Program-made: the position numbers and the translations under genes | From: Bispira polyomma | Lineage: Eukaryota | Direction of reading: 5' to 3' | DNA: 64,000 bases | Assembly (NCBI GenBank): GCA_965649765.1 | Contig: OZ287749.1 | Coordinates: 21,824,001 to 21,888,000, forward strand | Shown: piece after piece, positions 37,699 to 50,575 of the stretch | Position numbering within the stretch: position 1 is the first letter of the stretch | Layout of the letters: each line of letters opens with the position of its first letter | The notes under the pieces: model-generated | Databases searched by the model: none | What the model was told of the DNA's origin: nothing | What the model saw: the letters and a program-made list of their open reading frames with translations, nothing else

Positions 37699-37885
37699 AG
37701 GTTATTTTGTATGTTAGTAACTGAAAAGTAAACTTGTAAAACTTAGATGTTTACTTATGGATATTACTTGTGTAACTTAAAATACAATGTTTCATGGAAT
37801 GTTGTTGCATATGTACACTGTATGTTCACTTATGTTTTGTGTAATATGAAATTTTGTAACCCCTTGGCTTCCAAAATTTTTCTTT

Positions 37886-37896
37886 AAGGGGGGAGG
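37886..37896 (+). other. Polypurine tract
   Basis: aaggggggagg immediately before the 3' LTR. Confidence 0.9.
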
Positions 37897-38671
37897 TGTT
37901 ACATATAAGGACATTGTAGTATGTTAAAGCACTCTGCTAGAGTGATCTATTTATAGATTTGGGGAAACCCCTAAGCTTCTAGAAGGTATTTCTATTTTGT
38001 TTCTGTTGTGTGTTCATATGTATATCTCATCTCTGGAATGTTCTAGCGATTGCTTACATATTCTAGAGCCTTCTCCAGCAGTTGTATATATAAGGGTTGA
38101 CAGCCTGGCCACAGACCAGAGTCAATTGAGTTGATGTGCTATATGAACTGCTATACTGTACTGCTATACTGTGAAACATTTTATTTCTTCTCCTGTGGAT
38201 ATAAACTGTTTATTATATACATTATGTGGTGAACTCATTGGAGTGAACTAGATAAAAGTTGTGGATCTACCAGAGATTGGATTTACTGCATATTGGATAT
38301 TGTTTGCATCCTGGACTGGATAGCTTAGTTGTGCAGACTCTCTGGATATATACATTTTGTGTTCATGGACACTGAACGGATAACAGGATATAGGCATTGT
38401 GTGGACATTGAGCGGATCTCAAGACAGATTGTTGGATACAGTGGACAAACTTGTTTAATTGTTATTTATGTGGACAAGACTGTGGTCAGGTCAGATTAGT
38501 TTCATTATTGTATTATTGTGTGAACTATTAAGGGTATCTCAGTTGACTGTAATTCTGTAATTGTTATTTTATTTGTTAAATAAATTTGTTAAGTGAAACT
38601 TTTTGTCTTTTCCTGTTACAACCTCAAAGCAACCGGTAATTGCTACCACGCTTGCTCCTGTGACCGTAACA
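37897..38671 (+). repeat. 3' LTR
   Basis: 775-bp copy of 32351-33125. Confidence 0.97.
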
Positions 38672-41289
38672 GTTTGCATCCTGGACTGGATAGTTTAGTT
38701 GTGCAGACTCTCTGGATATATACATTTTGTGTTTGTGGACACCGAACGGATAACAGGATACAGGCATTGTGTGGACACTGCGCGGATTTCAAGACGGATT
38801 GCTGAATACAGTGGACAAACTTGTTTAATTGTTATTTATGTGGACAGGACTGTGGTCAGGTCAGATTGGTTTCATTATTGTATTATTGTATTATTGTATG
38901 AACCATTAAGAGTATCTTGGTTGATTGTAATTCTGTAATTGTTATTTTATTTGTTAAATAAATTTATTAAGTGAAACTTTTTGTCTTTTCCTGTTACAAC
39001 CTCAAAGCAACCGGTAATTGCTACCACGCTTGCTCCCGTGACCGTAACACGTCCTTTTACATGTATTGGCGTACTCATACATGTACTTGGACGTGAACTT
39101 ATGCATCCCCTGTGAGACTTTACAACTTTTGACGTACTAATATATGAAATTCAACGTCTGTTGATGCCTTCAACATGGAGAAAATCTCTAATTTCTAGTT
39201 TTGCATGGCATTTTGTATCAACTATTTTACAAGGCCATGCGTGAATTACATATTCTAACGTAAATCCGGTGGGACCGGCCCATTACTCTTTGATTTTCGT
39301 GTGTGAATGGAAAGTTAAAGGGGCTTAATTTAAATGTGTTATTGACTTCTACTTATTTTAATTGTGGCAGGTTATAAGACTTACTTTACACACATAAACC
39401 GTCATACAGGTACCTTAAAATAGAGGAAAAGATAGGACCAAATGAAAATTTTTTTGCTCTTTAAAAACAATTCACATAGAACACTAACCCACTGGTTCCT
39501 TGTTGAATATTAAGTATTAAATTCAAATTGAATGTTCTAACCTTTCGAGTCACACATACCAAAGAACGCCAACAAATCTTGCCAAACCTAAGCAATGTCA
39601 CTTGAGCAAAAATATATTCTTTCTACTTCTTCTCAGCATTACCATTACAAAAAACCTATCTATCTAATAAGATTGAGAATAAGATTACTTTTCTTGCTTT
39701 AAAATCTCCAGAATTTGGTCTTAGAGCAATCTCTTTGAAGTAGAGCTAGAGTCTTTTTTATTACAGTTACGAGGTAATTTTTCTTAACATAAATACAAGG
39801 TATGAGTAATTAAGTTACTGCTACAATGCATCTGTTGCTTTCATTTCACACATCAGTTTTCTGTTGTTGTTTTTTGTCTTAGTAACAAATTGAGAACAAT
39901 ATAATCCAGGGCAATGTTCTTCAACGAAGACAAAAAGCTTCAAAGCTATGATTTTAAAAAACTCAACATTGCACGGGTACACTTTGTACAACAGACTCTT
40001 TGGCACAATCAAGTTACATTACTTGGACACGAAACTTTTTGGGGGGGATCATTTTGTTGTCTTGTCATTGACATTTGAAAGACATGTCTTATCTGTAACT
40101 TGTCTGTGGGGTTTTAGGGGGGTCACCAAAGACAGAGTTAGAACCCTCGTATCCTTGTATGTTTATTGCACTTGGTGGAATATGTAACCTTATGAATAAG
40201 ACAAAGTCTTGGGTTTTTTGTTCAGTAAATGTAGGGAATTTCCAAGTATAATAGAATTTTTCAAATATATTTGGTTAATCTATAGTTTTTGGTAATCACC
40301 CCATTATGCTATAAATCCAATCCTGTTGGAATTTATGGGAGATTGTATGATATATGTATAGAAGCCAAGTTTTGTAAACAACCTCTGAGAAGAATAAAAA
40401 AACTGTTGTTTTGTCAGTTGTGTACTCAACCAACAGGAGCCAATCCGTTTATATATATCACTCAGCAGTCAAATGTTGTTATCACTTTGAAGTTGAGTTA
40501 CTGGGATGTTTTCAACAGTTTTGGAGGCAAAAGTGATTGGAAGACGTGACTTGTGTAAGGATTTAGTTTGAATCTATTATATCTATTTTTCTGTTTATTT
40601 GCGATTGCAAGACTGTATTGGTTTGCACAACTCAGATACATTAAATTGTAAAGTGCATTTGTATAGATTGCCAGACATTTTAGAATGCATTTAAACATAC
40701 CTTTTTAAAGAGAAAGTTACAGGTGCAGACTTTGTCTTGTTCACAAGGTTACATATTTAAGCCATACGGTTTTTGGGAATGTAATGGGTGTTTAAACATG
40801 TAACCTTTAATAAATACAGCCTGATAGGTTAAGAAAACTGTATCAGAACTACTGATGGCTGATTATACATTTCAGATACACCAGAATTAATTTGGACACA
40901 TAACCATAAAAATTGGTACATTTGGTTAGTTAAAAAAAAAACTAGATTTGCAAATTAACTAAAGGAAAAACCAACTGAAACATAACCCGACTTTGTGTGG
41001 TTTGTATTTTTGTTGTTATAGTTGAGTAGATTTGTCACTTACTCTGATTGGTTAACCAAATCAAACGGTTGGGTTATGTCTGCTCTAAGTTCATTGCTGC
41101 TGTTGTTGATTTAAGAGTTTCCTGTAAATGTTTTACTGGATCAGTGGTTCCATGATTTCACAAACAAGACAAGGAAAGTCCTGTGTTTTGTATCTACTGG
41201 AGAGATTAGATTGGATTTTATTTTTTACCACAGAGAATCTTCAAGAAAAAACGATTTGCATGGCATGCAATTGTAGACAAATTGCAGTT

Positions 41290-41630
41290 GTTGACGCCCA
41301 TTATTGTGGATAATCTTTAATTTCCATCTGACATATTCTTAGAGTCATTGGTTCCCCTTATTCGGGATAGTCCTTAATTTTTTTCTGACATGCACTTACA
41401 GTGTAATATTAGAGCCCCTTATTATGGATAATCTTTAGTTTCCTTCTGACATTATGTATAATCTTGAGTTTTTTCTGACATACATTAATAGTTTCATATT
41501 GGCTCCCCTTTTTGTGGATAATCATTTGTTTTCTTTCTAACATACACTTACAGTGTCATATTGGCGCCCCTTATTATGGATAGTCTTTAGTTTTCTTCTG
41601 ATATACACTTATAGTGTAATTGGCACCTCT
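41290..41630 (+). repeat. ~60-bp degenerate minisatellite
   Basis: Units like gccccttattatggataatctttagttttcttctgacatacacttacagtgtcatattg, about 5-6 copies. Confidence 0.8.
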
Positions 41631-42289
41631 TGTGTCAAATAGTCTATCATATCATGCTAAATTTTGGTATAATTGAATAGTATAGCTGGAGTTTGAATCT
41701 TTTAAAATATTTAAATTCACCAATTATTTTGACTTTTTTTTATAATATTGCCTTGTGTATGTGACTAGGTGACCTCCCTAAGCAATACTGTGACTTGAAG
41801 GTCAAATCAGATAAGAATACAGGAACACAACATAATAGTAAAATCACAATTTGTTTTCTCAAGTTGATGTTTTTAGGATGTTTAATTATATGAAAATAAC
41901 GTATTTGTGAAAGCCAAAGTCAAATTGAAACCCAGGTAGAAGAATTGATTAGCCGTGTCAATTACTTAACAAATTGTGACCTTTACAATTACACAGACAT
42001 AATGACAAAATATTTGCAGGAGTTTAATATATTCCTGAACACATTACTTTTGCTCAATTTTAAACAGTACAAAATTATATTTGATGAAGTCCAATCATTT
42101 TTGTGATGAATGTTGATTATTTATTGGAAGCATTTCAGCATCGTCGGATTGATGAATACATGCTCTAAGGTATTTGTTCTCTGAGAAGTGGTTGTCCAAC
42201 AATATATAGCATGGATCGTCATCAGTAGGCAATGACATGTTCTTCACGTCGGAGGACGTTATCCCCCTGTAACCATTATGGCATTACTA

Positions 42290-42402
42290 GGAGTCAAACC
42301 AGAGACCTTCTAATCATCAAACTAACTACCCAGCTTGTTGCGGAAACAGGCAACCATCTGTTCACCAGACCAACTCCCTATAACCACTAGGTCACTGGAG
42401 AC
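42290..42402 (-). mobile_element. SINE head fragment
   Basis: Minus strand ccagtgacctagtggttatagggagttggtctggtg...gaaggtctctggtttgactcc; similar to 60144-60235. Confidence 0.5.
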
Positions 42403-43369
42403 CACTATAGTGCTGGTTGGTTGCACTTTGGCAATAGAGACAACTTTTTTGAAAAGAATCTAAATAATTATGTAATGATGCCTAATCTCTGTACTAGCGG
42501 ATTGTAAAGTGCAACAACCAAACTAAAGAAAGACACATTGTTATTAATTAATTATCTAAACCCATATAACATAAATCTTGAATGTCAGTTCAAAATATGT
42601 GCTGTGTAATATATTTTATTCTGAATATCTACTGGAGATCATACACAGGACGTCATGTGTTGCTGTCATACATTAACATATGGATCCATACCTTCTACAG
42701 TCACGGCCATTGTTTTGCTGTAATAGTTCCCCAACATTAGGGCCACAGGTATGTTATCTATCATTTCCCTATTCATTCATGACTTTGTGTCCCTTTTTAT
42801 GCATTTGTTTTATTCCCCTGCATCTGTCAATTGAACACCATGAATCTTATTCACATATTGTTTAAGGTGTGAAAATCTATGGGATTGTCTTTGTGTATAA
42901 TTTTTGTGTTTTATCTTCCAGTTGTAAAAAAAAATGTCTGACATAAACTACAAATGCTGCATCATTATCATATACGCTAAGGAGAGTAAAAGCTGTTTTT
43001 GCTGCTCCAGTTGGATCTTAATGGCAGATATTGCAATCGATCATTTTTATTGTATGGAATAGGTTTTATATATTATATCATATTATAGGTTAGATTAAAG
43101 TATAAAAACCTGATGATATTGATGATATTACTTCTATATCATCATTCTATTTTTCTTTAAAAAAAACCATTATATTTATTATTTTTCCTATTCTAATAAA
43201 TAACCTGTTGCTCTTTTGTTGTATTAGGAATGGCTATACAGATGTGGCTGCCATAATGCATAATATTTACATGATACTGAAAACTTAAAAAAATCACCCA
43301 TAATTTTATGTATTGTATCATTTGTTGGTTAGATTTTTGGTAAACAGCTAAGTCTCTGTATTATCGATA

Positions 43370-44640
43370 TTTTTTTTTATTATAGTGACCAGTACATAAA
43401 AAATTACAATAAATATATACAATAACATTTCTGTACCCAGCCCATCGGGCTCATTGGTCACTTTTAACTTAAAACAAAACAACCATTATGTGTGTTGCAA
43501 ATAAAGCACAACAATTCATAACAACAGCAATATAATAACATAAAATTTAAAATACATATATAGTCATGGTAATATATTTTACGGAGGCCCTGTTAGGACA
43601 TAGAGATATATCTTCCCCACCCTTTTTCTTAGTTATTAAAAGATAGTCTCGCATTTAAAAGAACATCTTGTTCTCATAACTTAATTAACTTGTTATAATG
43701 ATCATCTCTTTATAACAAAGATGATCTTATTACAATGATGAAATAGGTCATTAATTTCAAGGACTACTCTTTTTCTTTGACAAACTTTGACAAAATATTA
43801 TCGTAGTTACATTATATTGTCGAAATTCAATAATTTTATATTTAGAGATGTTGAAAATACCCATGCCTACCAAACCAAGAAATAGTAGGAAATTTTACCC
43901 AAAATTTATTTTTGGGGAAAATTGTACTGGAATTAATTTTACCAAAAGATAGTCCTACTTTTTCAAGATTAGTAAAAGTTAAAATTTTTTACACTTTGTA
44001 TTTATTTTCACTATTCCAACTCCTTCAATAAATAACTAAAATTTGTTATTTGTAAAAAACATATCAACTTGGACATTATCTGATAGTTTTTCTATGGTTT
44101 TTGGTTGGCCCACTTTCCACACAAATCCACAACAAAGATTGTATTTCCAACTAAAAGCATACAATTCTGTTGCATTTACACCTGAAAAAGTATAATCTGG
44201 CCTGAAAAAAAGTTACATGATTATAAAATAATTGAAAGCAGAATGTTCTCTATATCAATGTAATCTTACATAATGGCAGTCTTATCTATTTCGCAGATAT
44301 AATTTATCACCAGCTTTAAGCAAAATATGCATAATAAGGTTATATCTCACTTCAGAATATTTTCCCCTATTAAGTATACACTAGCGTTGATTTAGGCTCA
44401 AGTTGGTTGATTTGGTACTAATGCAAAAATGTGTATACATTTAATATGGCATATTTTTCTGATTTAATACAATCAAACTTTTTGACAAGGTTAGTTTTAC
44501 CCTAAAATGTTGTCTAATATGTGACGAGGCTAGTAATACTCTTTTATTTTGTACAATATTTGCAAACGCTTCTGTGGATAGAGTTGCATTTTTATATATC
44601 CTATAAATAGCATCAGAATAACGGCATATACATTAGTTTA
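43370..44640 (-). mobile_element. Old degenerate non-LTR retrotransposon 3' portion (RTE-X/CR1-group-like)
   Basis: Poly(A) at 43370-43379; fragments such as LCCGFVWKVG...IEKLSDNVQ and FWVK resemble decayed post-RT LINE sequence; many stops. Confidence 0.4.
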
Positions 44641-45092
44641 AATATTTTGTACTGGTCTAGTTCAATAAATACTGATTGCTTTACTCATATAAATGTCGTA
44701 TCACTGATGAAACTTACCCCCAAATTTATAACAAAGACAAGAATGACACTGGCTCCCCATTCTCTTCAAAATCCATGTCACTGTGCTTCGTTACTCGCCT
44801 TCTTACCTGCTCTTTTATCTTCCAGCTGCCTCAAAAGAGGTATTAGACTCTCTGCATTGTCTGCCAGACTACTCAAAATGGCTGGATCTAGTAGGGCTGT
44901 CTTAGTGGGTCCCCATTGTTATGAAAAACCACTCACTTGAGCTGAGACCACAATAAACACTGTTTTAGTGTTCTGAGAATTGTTTGAAAACGTGCTTACG
45001 CACCCCTGGATAGTTTTAGGGGTATGGGTTGCATCCTTCCTTGGAATTTGGCTATGTGTTTGGACTATCACTGTAAAAATCCATGTAAAGCT

Positions 45093-45425
45093 AGGCTTCC
45101 TTTTAGCATATTTTTTTCAGCCGAAGTTGGTCGATTTTATCAGTCACTATTTGATATTAGGAATTGCTTCTTTTCAACATATTTCCTTTAGATCAGATTC
45201 AATGTCGGCAGACGTCTGTTCAACCATCAGATGTTATCGGTCAGGGAGCAAAAAAAATCGAGAGGTCAGTTCGATTTTGAATAGAAATTAAGAAAAAGAA
45301 AAAAAATTTCTCACACCATTTAACATAGTCCATATCGGATGAAAGGAAGCGCTATATCAGCTGATGTCAGATAGGTTTGGATGGTAATAAATCGGCCAAC
45401 GTTGGGATCAGCTGAAAGGAAGCCT
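45093..45425. mobile_element. MITE
   Basis: TIRs aggcttccttttagc..gttggtcgatttta / taaatcggccaac..gctgaaaggaagcct. Confidence 0.7.
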
Positions 45426-45481
45426 ATGCTTACAATGCAATAACATACACAGCTGAAAAGGTAAGATATTATATAATAATA

Positions 45482-45690
45482 TTTACCAAAGAGGTTATGT
45501 TTTTAGCCATGTCTGCTTTATGTCTGTTTATCTGTCACAATGATTTCACACCACAATTACTCATTGGATTCACATGAAATCTTGTAGTCCTATAGAACCT
45601 ACTATAGTTAGGAACAGATTCAAGTAGAAGGTTGGATTATTTTTGGAATTGTCGCAGATACATGTACTCTCTGAATGCTCATTATAGTTA
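45482..45690 (+). mobile_element. Helentron/DINE-1-like non-autonomous element family 1
   Basis: ccaaagaggttatgttttt..gtctg repeats..catgaaatc..tactctctgaatgctc. Confidence 0.55.
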
Positions 45691-46449
45691 TAATCTGGTT
45701 TACATTAAAAAACAAGACAATACAGAAAGTTGTTTGTGCATGAAAAAGGGTGATCATTCACTTTAAAAGTTTTTTTTTTTTTTGAATATATGTTCAATCA
45801 AACTATATCTTATTTCCCTTTAATGCACAAATCTATTAAATAAGTCTTGTAAAAATATGAACTCCTCATATATGACGTGGTATAATGTAGTAGGGCTCCC
45901 TTGTAATCTGTAATAACCATCTGAGGATAGAGACATGTAGATTTTCCATATACCAAATATATAAAAAAAAAAAAAAAATGGGATATGTTTTCATATATTT
46001 ATGAAGTGGGATCGAAATGTCAAGTATTCCCATATCTTTATAGCGATCTCTGCAGTTTCAAACATAGCATGGCAACTGTTACTAATTTGGTGTTATCAAT
46101 ATTATTCACCAGAAAAGTGCTCTATTCATCTGTTCACAAAAGTGTTTTATTCATCTGTTCCAATAAAAAATATATTCTCAAAAGTAGGTATTTTACAGCT
46201 TTTATACCATTGACTCGCCAAGATTCTTGAACAGCCATTTATGCATAACCCACCCAAAAAGAAATAATAACAGATTCTTCTTAAGGCACATCTTTAGGAG
46301 TGCCCGGCAAAACTACCCCAGATTAACCAGCGTAACTTAAGATTTAAATGTTTTAAATCCTAGCTCATATTAATATTGGCCAGCTCAATTAGCCCATCTT
46401 AGGATTGTCTTCCAGGCTTAGTATGTAATCTTAAAATTGGCCAAATCCG

Positions 46450-46705
46450 AAGTTGGGTTCCCGCACAGATACGTGTACAACACTTTGGAACAATATGCCA
46501 GCCAATTTAAGATCCCAGAAAACCGTCTCTCGTTTCAGAAACAATTTTAAGACCCATCTCTTTATCCTCCCTTACCCTCCATAGAAATCTTTTTTCCTTC
46601 ACGTCACCTACCCGATCACAAATTTGCATTGCATTAGATTTTAACAACTATTGTCAATGATGTTGCACTTAGAAGATGCCTGGCATAAAAAAATTAGGTG
46701 CATTA
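46450..46705 (+). mobile_element. L2-like LINE 3' fragment
   Basis: TLWNNMPANLRS...SRFRNNFKTHLF..PYPP* followed by UTR. Confidence 0.65.
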
Positions 46706-48869
46706 AAAATCTATCATATCATATGAAAGAACTGAGGCATTCGAGTGCATACCTCCACCGAGACTCCACACTCCAAAAGAGTGAACTAAATCTGGGACTT
46801 GTCCTTTTACTACTTGGGTGTGCTCCATTATTCGATGGTGTATTACTCAGCCCATAACATACCTCTACCAAATTTCATGTAGACTGGGTGAGCAGTTGTT
46901 TTTTGTTGTTGTAATAATCTTGTTTACAAATTGAATTCCAGTTTTAAACATTGAAAACCAGTTAGGCTTCAGACATTCTAGTTTCCAACAACAAAAAAAA
47001 AATGTTATATTTATACTCAATATACAAAACCACCACGAAAAGTATGGATAGCAAAACTAGAATAAGAAATGAAAGAAGATTTGAGTTTGTGTTTTAATGG
47101 GTAATAAAAAAGCTTGTCTGTTTGAAATGAATGGAAGTGCTAATATTAGTTTATGTTAAAGTACTAAAATCTGTACTATTTTACAAACCATATCGCTTTA
47201 GTAAAATCATCCATTGATTTACAATTTGTTAATGCAAAGTATTTTATAACGGTGTCGTTCTAGATTCAATTGGCTTTTAACATTATGCAAACTGGGAACA
47301 GAAAAAAAATGCATGATTCATTCTTAAGCAGGCAAGTCCTTTATATTGTTTTGGTTTTTTAGAATTCTTTTGAAAACCCATTACTTCTCATTGATTTCTA
47401 TACAGATGCCTCCACTAGAGCTTTTTTACAGAAGTGCATGGAAATTATATTCTTTATTACAAATTCCTTTGATTAATTTTTGCAACTTTTTGATGGGACA
47501 AGGGAAAAAGGAGGAAACAGAGAAACATTTTAGAAGTAATATTTTTAAAAAAAATGTGTTGTTTCCCTACTTAAATATTTTCCAGCTGTGTTAACTGAAA
47601 TGTTAACACCAAAAATACCCTGGATCTACTTCCAATTTCATGGATTCCAATCTCAAGTCAATTTATTTTGGTAGTTTTTTTTTGTGTGTGTAACTTTGGT
47701 ATGACAAACAAACAAAATAAACATATACAAATAGACAGAAGTGAAAACATCACCCCCTTAATAATTACATTACATATAAAACACACATGTAACCAAAACG
47801 AGTTTCGAGTTGAGACCAGTATCTTTTAAATGTATCTTCCCTAATTGCAAGCTTTGATAATAGAAGCTGCTCTTCATATGTGTTTTTAGTATTTATTTTG
47901 TTATCTATTATTGCCAGTATATTTAATTGAGTAGATTTACCAGAACATGTGAAAATATATGATTTACTCAGTGTTATAATGGTGTTTATATAACATATAA
48001 CATTTATGCTAGCAGTGATGACTACCATTACATCCATGTGAACAATTGCAAAATCTAAAACCTTGACTTAAGAGAAAGCAAGAACAAATTATGTCACTTT
48101 GGTGAGTTTTTAGTATCAAGACATAATTGGTGAGGAGTGGGCCTAAAAGTGACAAAACGTCACGACAGTATATCAATGTTGATGGTTTGATTTCCATATT
48201 GCTTGGATGTCGTGCATAAAAATCCCCTCCCACTACTACACATTACTGTACCAAAATACAAGTATAAGTCTTACAGTTTTACTTTAAGAAAAAAAATATG
48301 GCATTAAGAAATACCTCTAAAAATAATGTCAATATAGTAATATTTCAATACAAAATAGATCGAGAATCAGGGAAGCATTATAACCAAGTTTGATTAATGG
48401 CCTTTTTTATGACAATTTATATAAAAAAAGGAAACATTTTTACTGTAAGTTTTGAACCTTAAAGACCTAACTGGAAGCTATATTAAGGAAATGGCCAACA
48501 CCCAGGGCAAAGCATGCGGCTGATTTATACCTCAATTTTTGCTTCACCAATTTGCAATGCCTTTTATTTGCCTTTGGGTGGGATTTTGTTTCTTGTTTGT
48601 GACATCAAATCAGCTTAGGTGTCAAATTAAGATGATAAATAACCCCTAGTTTGCCTGTTATAAGTCTTACTGGCGAGGATGCTGCAATAAATTAACGTTC
48701 CATCTATTTAATTTGCATGTAATGAATCTATATTAGATGGGCTCTTGTATCTGAGAATATTTGATCAAAGATCCATCCAAAATGAAATAACATTATGTTA
48801 GTATTACTCCTTATATATTGTTCTCAGTGATTATAATTATTATAATGAACACAATTCTACATTGATTAC

Positions 48870-49105
48870 TGGGGGAGTTCGGTGGCCCAGTGTAGTCAAT
48901 AGTGCCTGCTTCATAATCACTGGCCTCTCACCAAAGTGGGTTTAAATTCCATTTATACCTTTATGTGGGAATGTTTGTCAGGTACTTACTATAGGTCGGT
49001 GGTTTAGACAGTGCTTCATCACTGATTTCTTTCACCCTTGTAATATTACCTAAATAGTTGAAAGCGATTAATTGGTTGAAAGAAACTTAATTAAAATTCA
49101 AATTC
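48870..49105 (+). mobile_element. Diverged tRNA-derived SINE
   Basis: tggcccagtg A box, aatcactggcctctcacc head, aaattcaaattca tail. Confidence 0.7.
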
Positions 49106-50099
49106 ACACATGATTACGGTACTATAGTGTCCAGTATATCTTGTATAACACATGATTGGTTTACCGATGTCTTAAAAAAGCACATTGAAATATATAATGC
49201 AAATATAACACAATATAAATAGTTATTATTTTACTCCTTATAAAAGTTTGTCAGATGTCCAGAACATTGCTTAATATATGTTACATCTTTTCTGGCCACT
49301 TTTTTGCCTTTAAACAACTTAAAGTAGAGCATCTAATTACAAATATGCTAAACCATTAAAAACATACTTCTTTTATAGTTTCAATGATATATGTTTTAAC
49401 CCCACGTAGTTGAGACAAATAATCTCTGAAAACCAATATTGACTAATTACTATAATTGCATTCTTTATTTAGTTATTATCAACCAAAAATTGTCTATCTT
49501 CGATAAAAATGTATTTTCGCCGTTTACTGCAGTGGACAAGAAGAAAAACGGTTGTTATTGAATTAAGACATTGTTATTCTCATTCTGAGATGATTGCCTT
49601 CTTTTGATCTTACCATCTCTTCTCCTCCACTGAGAATAGAAAAGCTTAGAGCTTTGAACACAAAAATACACGACATAAGCACATCATGTTCTTTAAAGGA
49701 GACAGCTAGGCAGGGATGTCTACCCCAGTGACGTCATTTGTAAGAATGTCAGCTTCATTAACCTTAAGTAAACTTCTACTCCTACAAAATAACAATCTAC
49801 TTTGATTAGTGTATATTGGAGAAAAATATTGCTTGGTTCTAAACTTTCAAATGTTTTCGTGACACGACTGATTAACATGGGTACATTTAATCTTCCCACT
49901 GGCATTTTCTTTCTTTATATAACATTTTGCAGATGAAACTAAATCTCCTCGCGATTTAGGGATGGATTGACACTACTAATCACTATAGTCCCATCATGAC
50001 AAACTGACTACCTAAGCTGGATTGACCAAAAATACATCTCTTTTAAGTATAGATTTTAAACTTGAAAATAAAACCCCCTCTGATTCTCTTACAAGGGCT

Positions 50100-50575
50100 A
50101 TTACCTCTAGCGATGAGGTTATAATCTTACGCGTGTGTCAGTTTGTTTGCCAACAGGATTACGCAGAAAATTACTAAACTGATTTACATGAAATTTGGTT
50201 CAGGGATGGGATATGGGCTAAAGAAAAATCTATAAAATGATGGCACAGATCTGGGTAGAAGTGTGGACCCACGAATTTGAATGATTTATCATTGTTTTAT
50301 GTATTTTTATGCATCTCTCCTAAATTTAGTATCAAACTTTTTTAAAACTAAGTTTGATTCTAAAAGTTTAATTATCATGTTTTACCCGTGTAAAGTTTGT
50401 CGCCAGAATTACATAAAAAAAACAACTGAACTTGATTCACATCAAATTGGTTACGACACAGGGTATAGAACAAAATCCTAAACCATTCCACTTTGGAGGG
50501 GCTCTCTGGGTAGAAGAGTTGGCCCAGGATTTGGCCCAATGGGTATTTCAAATCTGCTGAGTGCCCCCTTCCAGT
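50100..50575 (+). mobile_element. Helentron/DINE-1-like element family 1
   Basis: attacctc..gaggttat..gtttgtttg..caggattac..catgaaatttgg..ctgagtgccccttccagt. Confidence 0.65.

Larger units (their letters stand above)
32351..38671 (+). mobile_element. Ty3/Gypsy LTR retrotransposon, Gmr1-like (integrase upstream of RT)
   Basis: Two 775-bp LTRs, 4-bp TSD gttt, PPT, domain order gag-PR-IN-RT-RH. Confidence 0.95.
31954..39049 (+). mobile_element. Solo LTR (halves 31954-32350 and 38672-39049) split by a same-family full-length element
   Basis: Halves join into one complete LTR TGTTAC...GTAACA; 5-bp flanking duplication cgtcc. Confidence 0.93.
31711..39280. mobile_element. ~470-bp MITE split by LTR insertions (arms 31711-31953 and 39050-39280)
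   Basis: Imperfect TIRs ctggtcccaccagccgtcacgttag / ctaacgtaaatccggtgggaccgg; acgt-rich interior on both arms. Confidence 0.7.
31640..41230 (-). pseudogene. Decayed duplicated segment copy B, interrupted by the MITE/LTR stack (31711-39280)
   Basis: Blocks match copy A, e.g. 40362-40560 vs 28717-28900 and 40995-41190 vs 29303-29500. Confidence 0.35.

Noticed and set aside
40076-40095. tgaaagacatg (miR-71-like start); also tggaatgt at 55741 (miR-1 seed)
   Set aside because: Match ends after 8-11 nt and no precursor hairpin is evident
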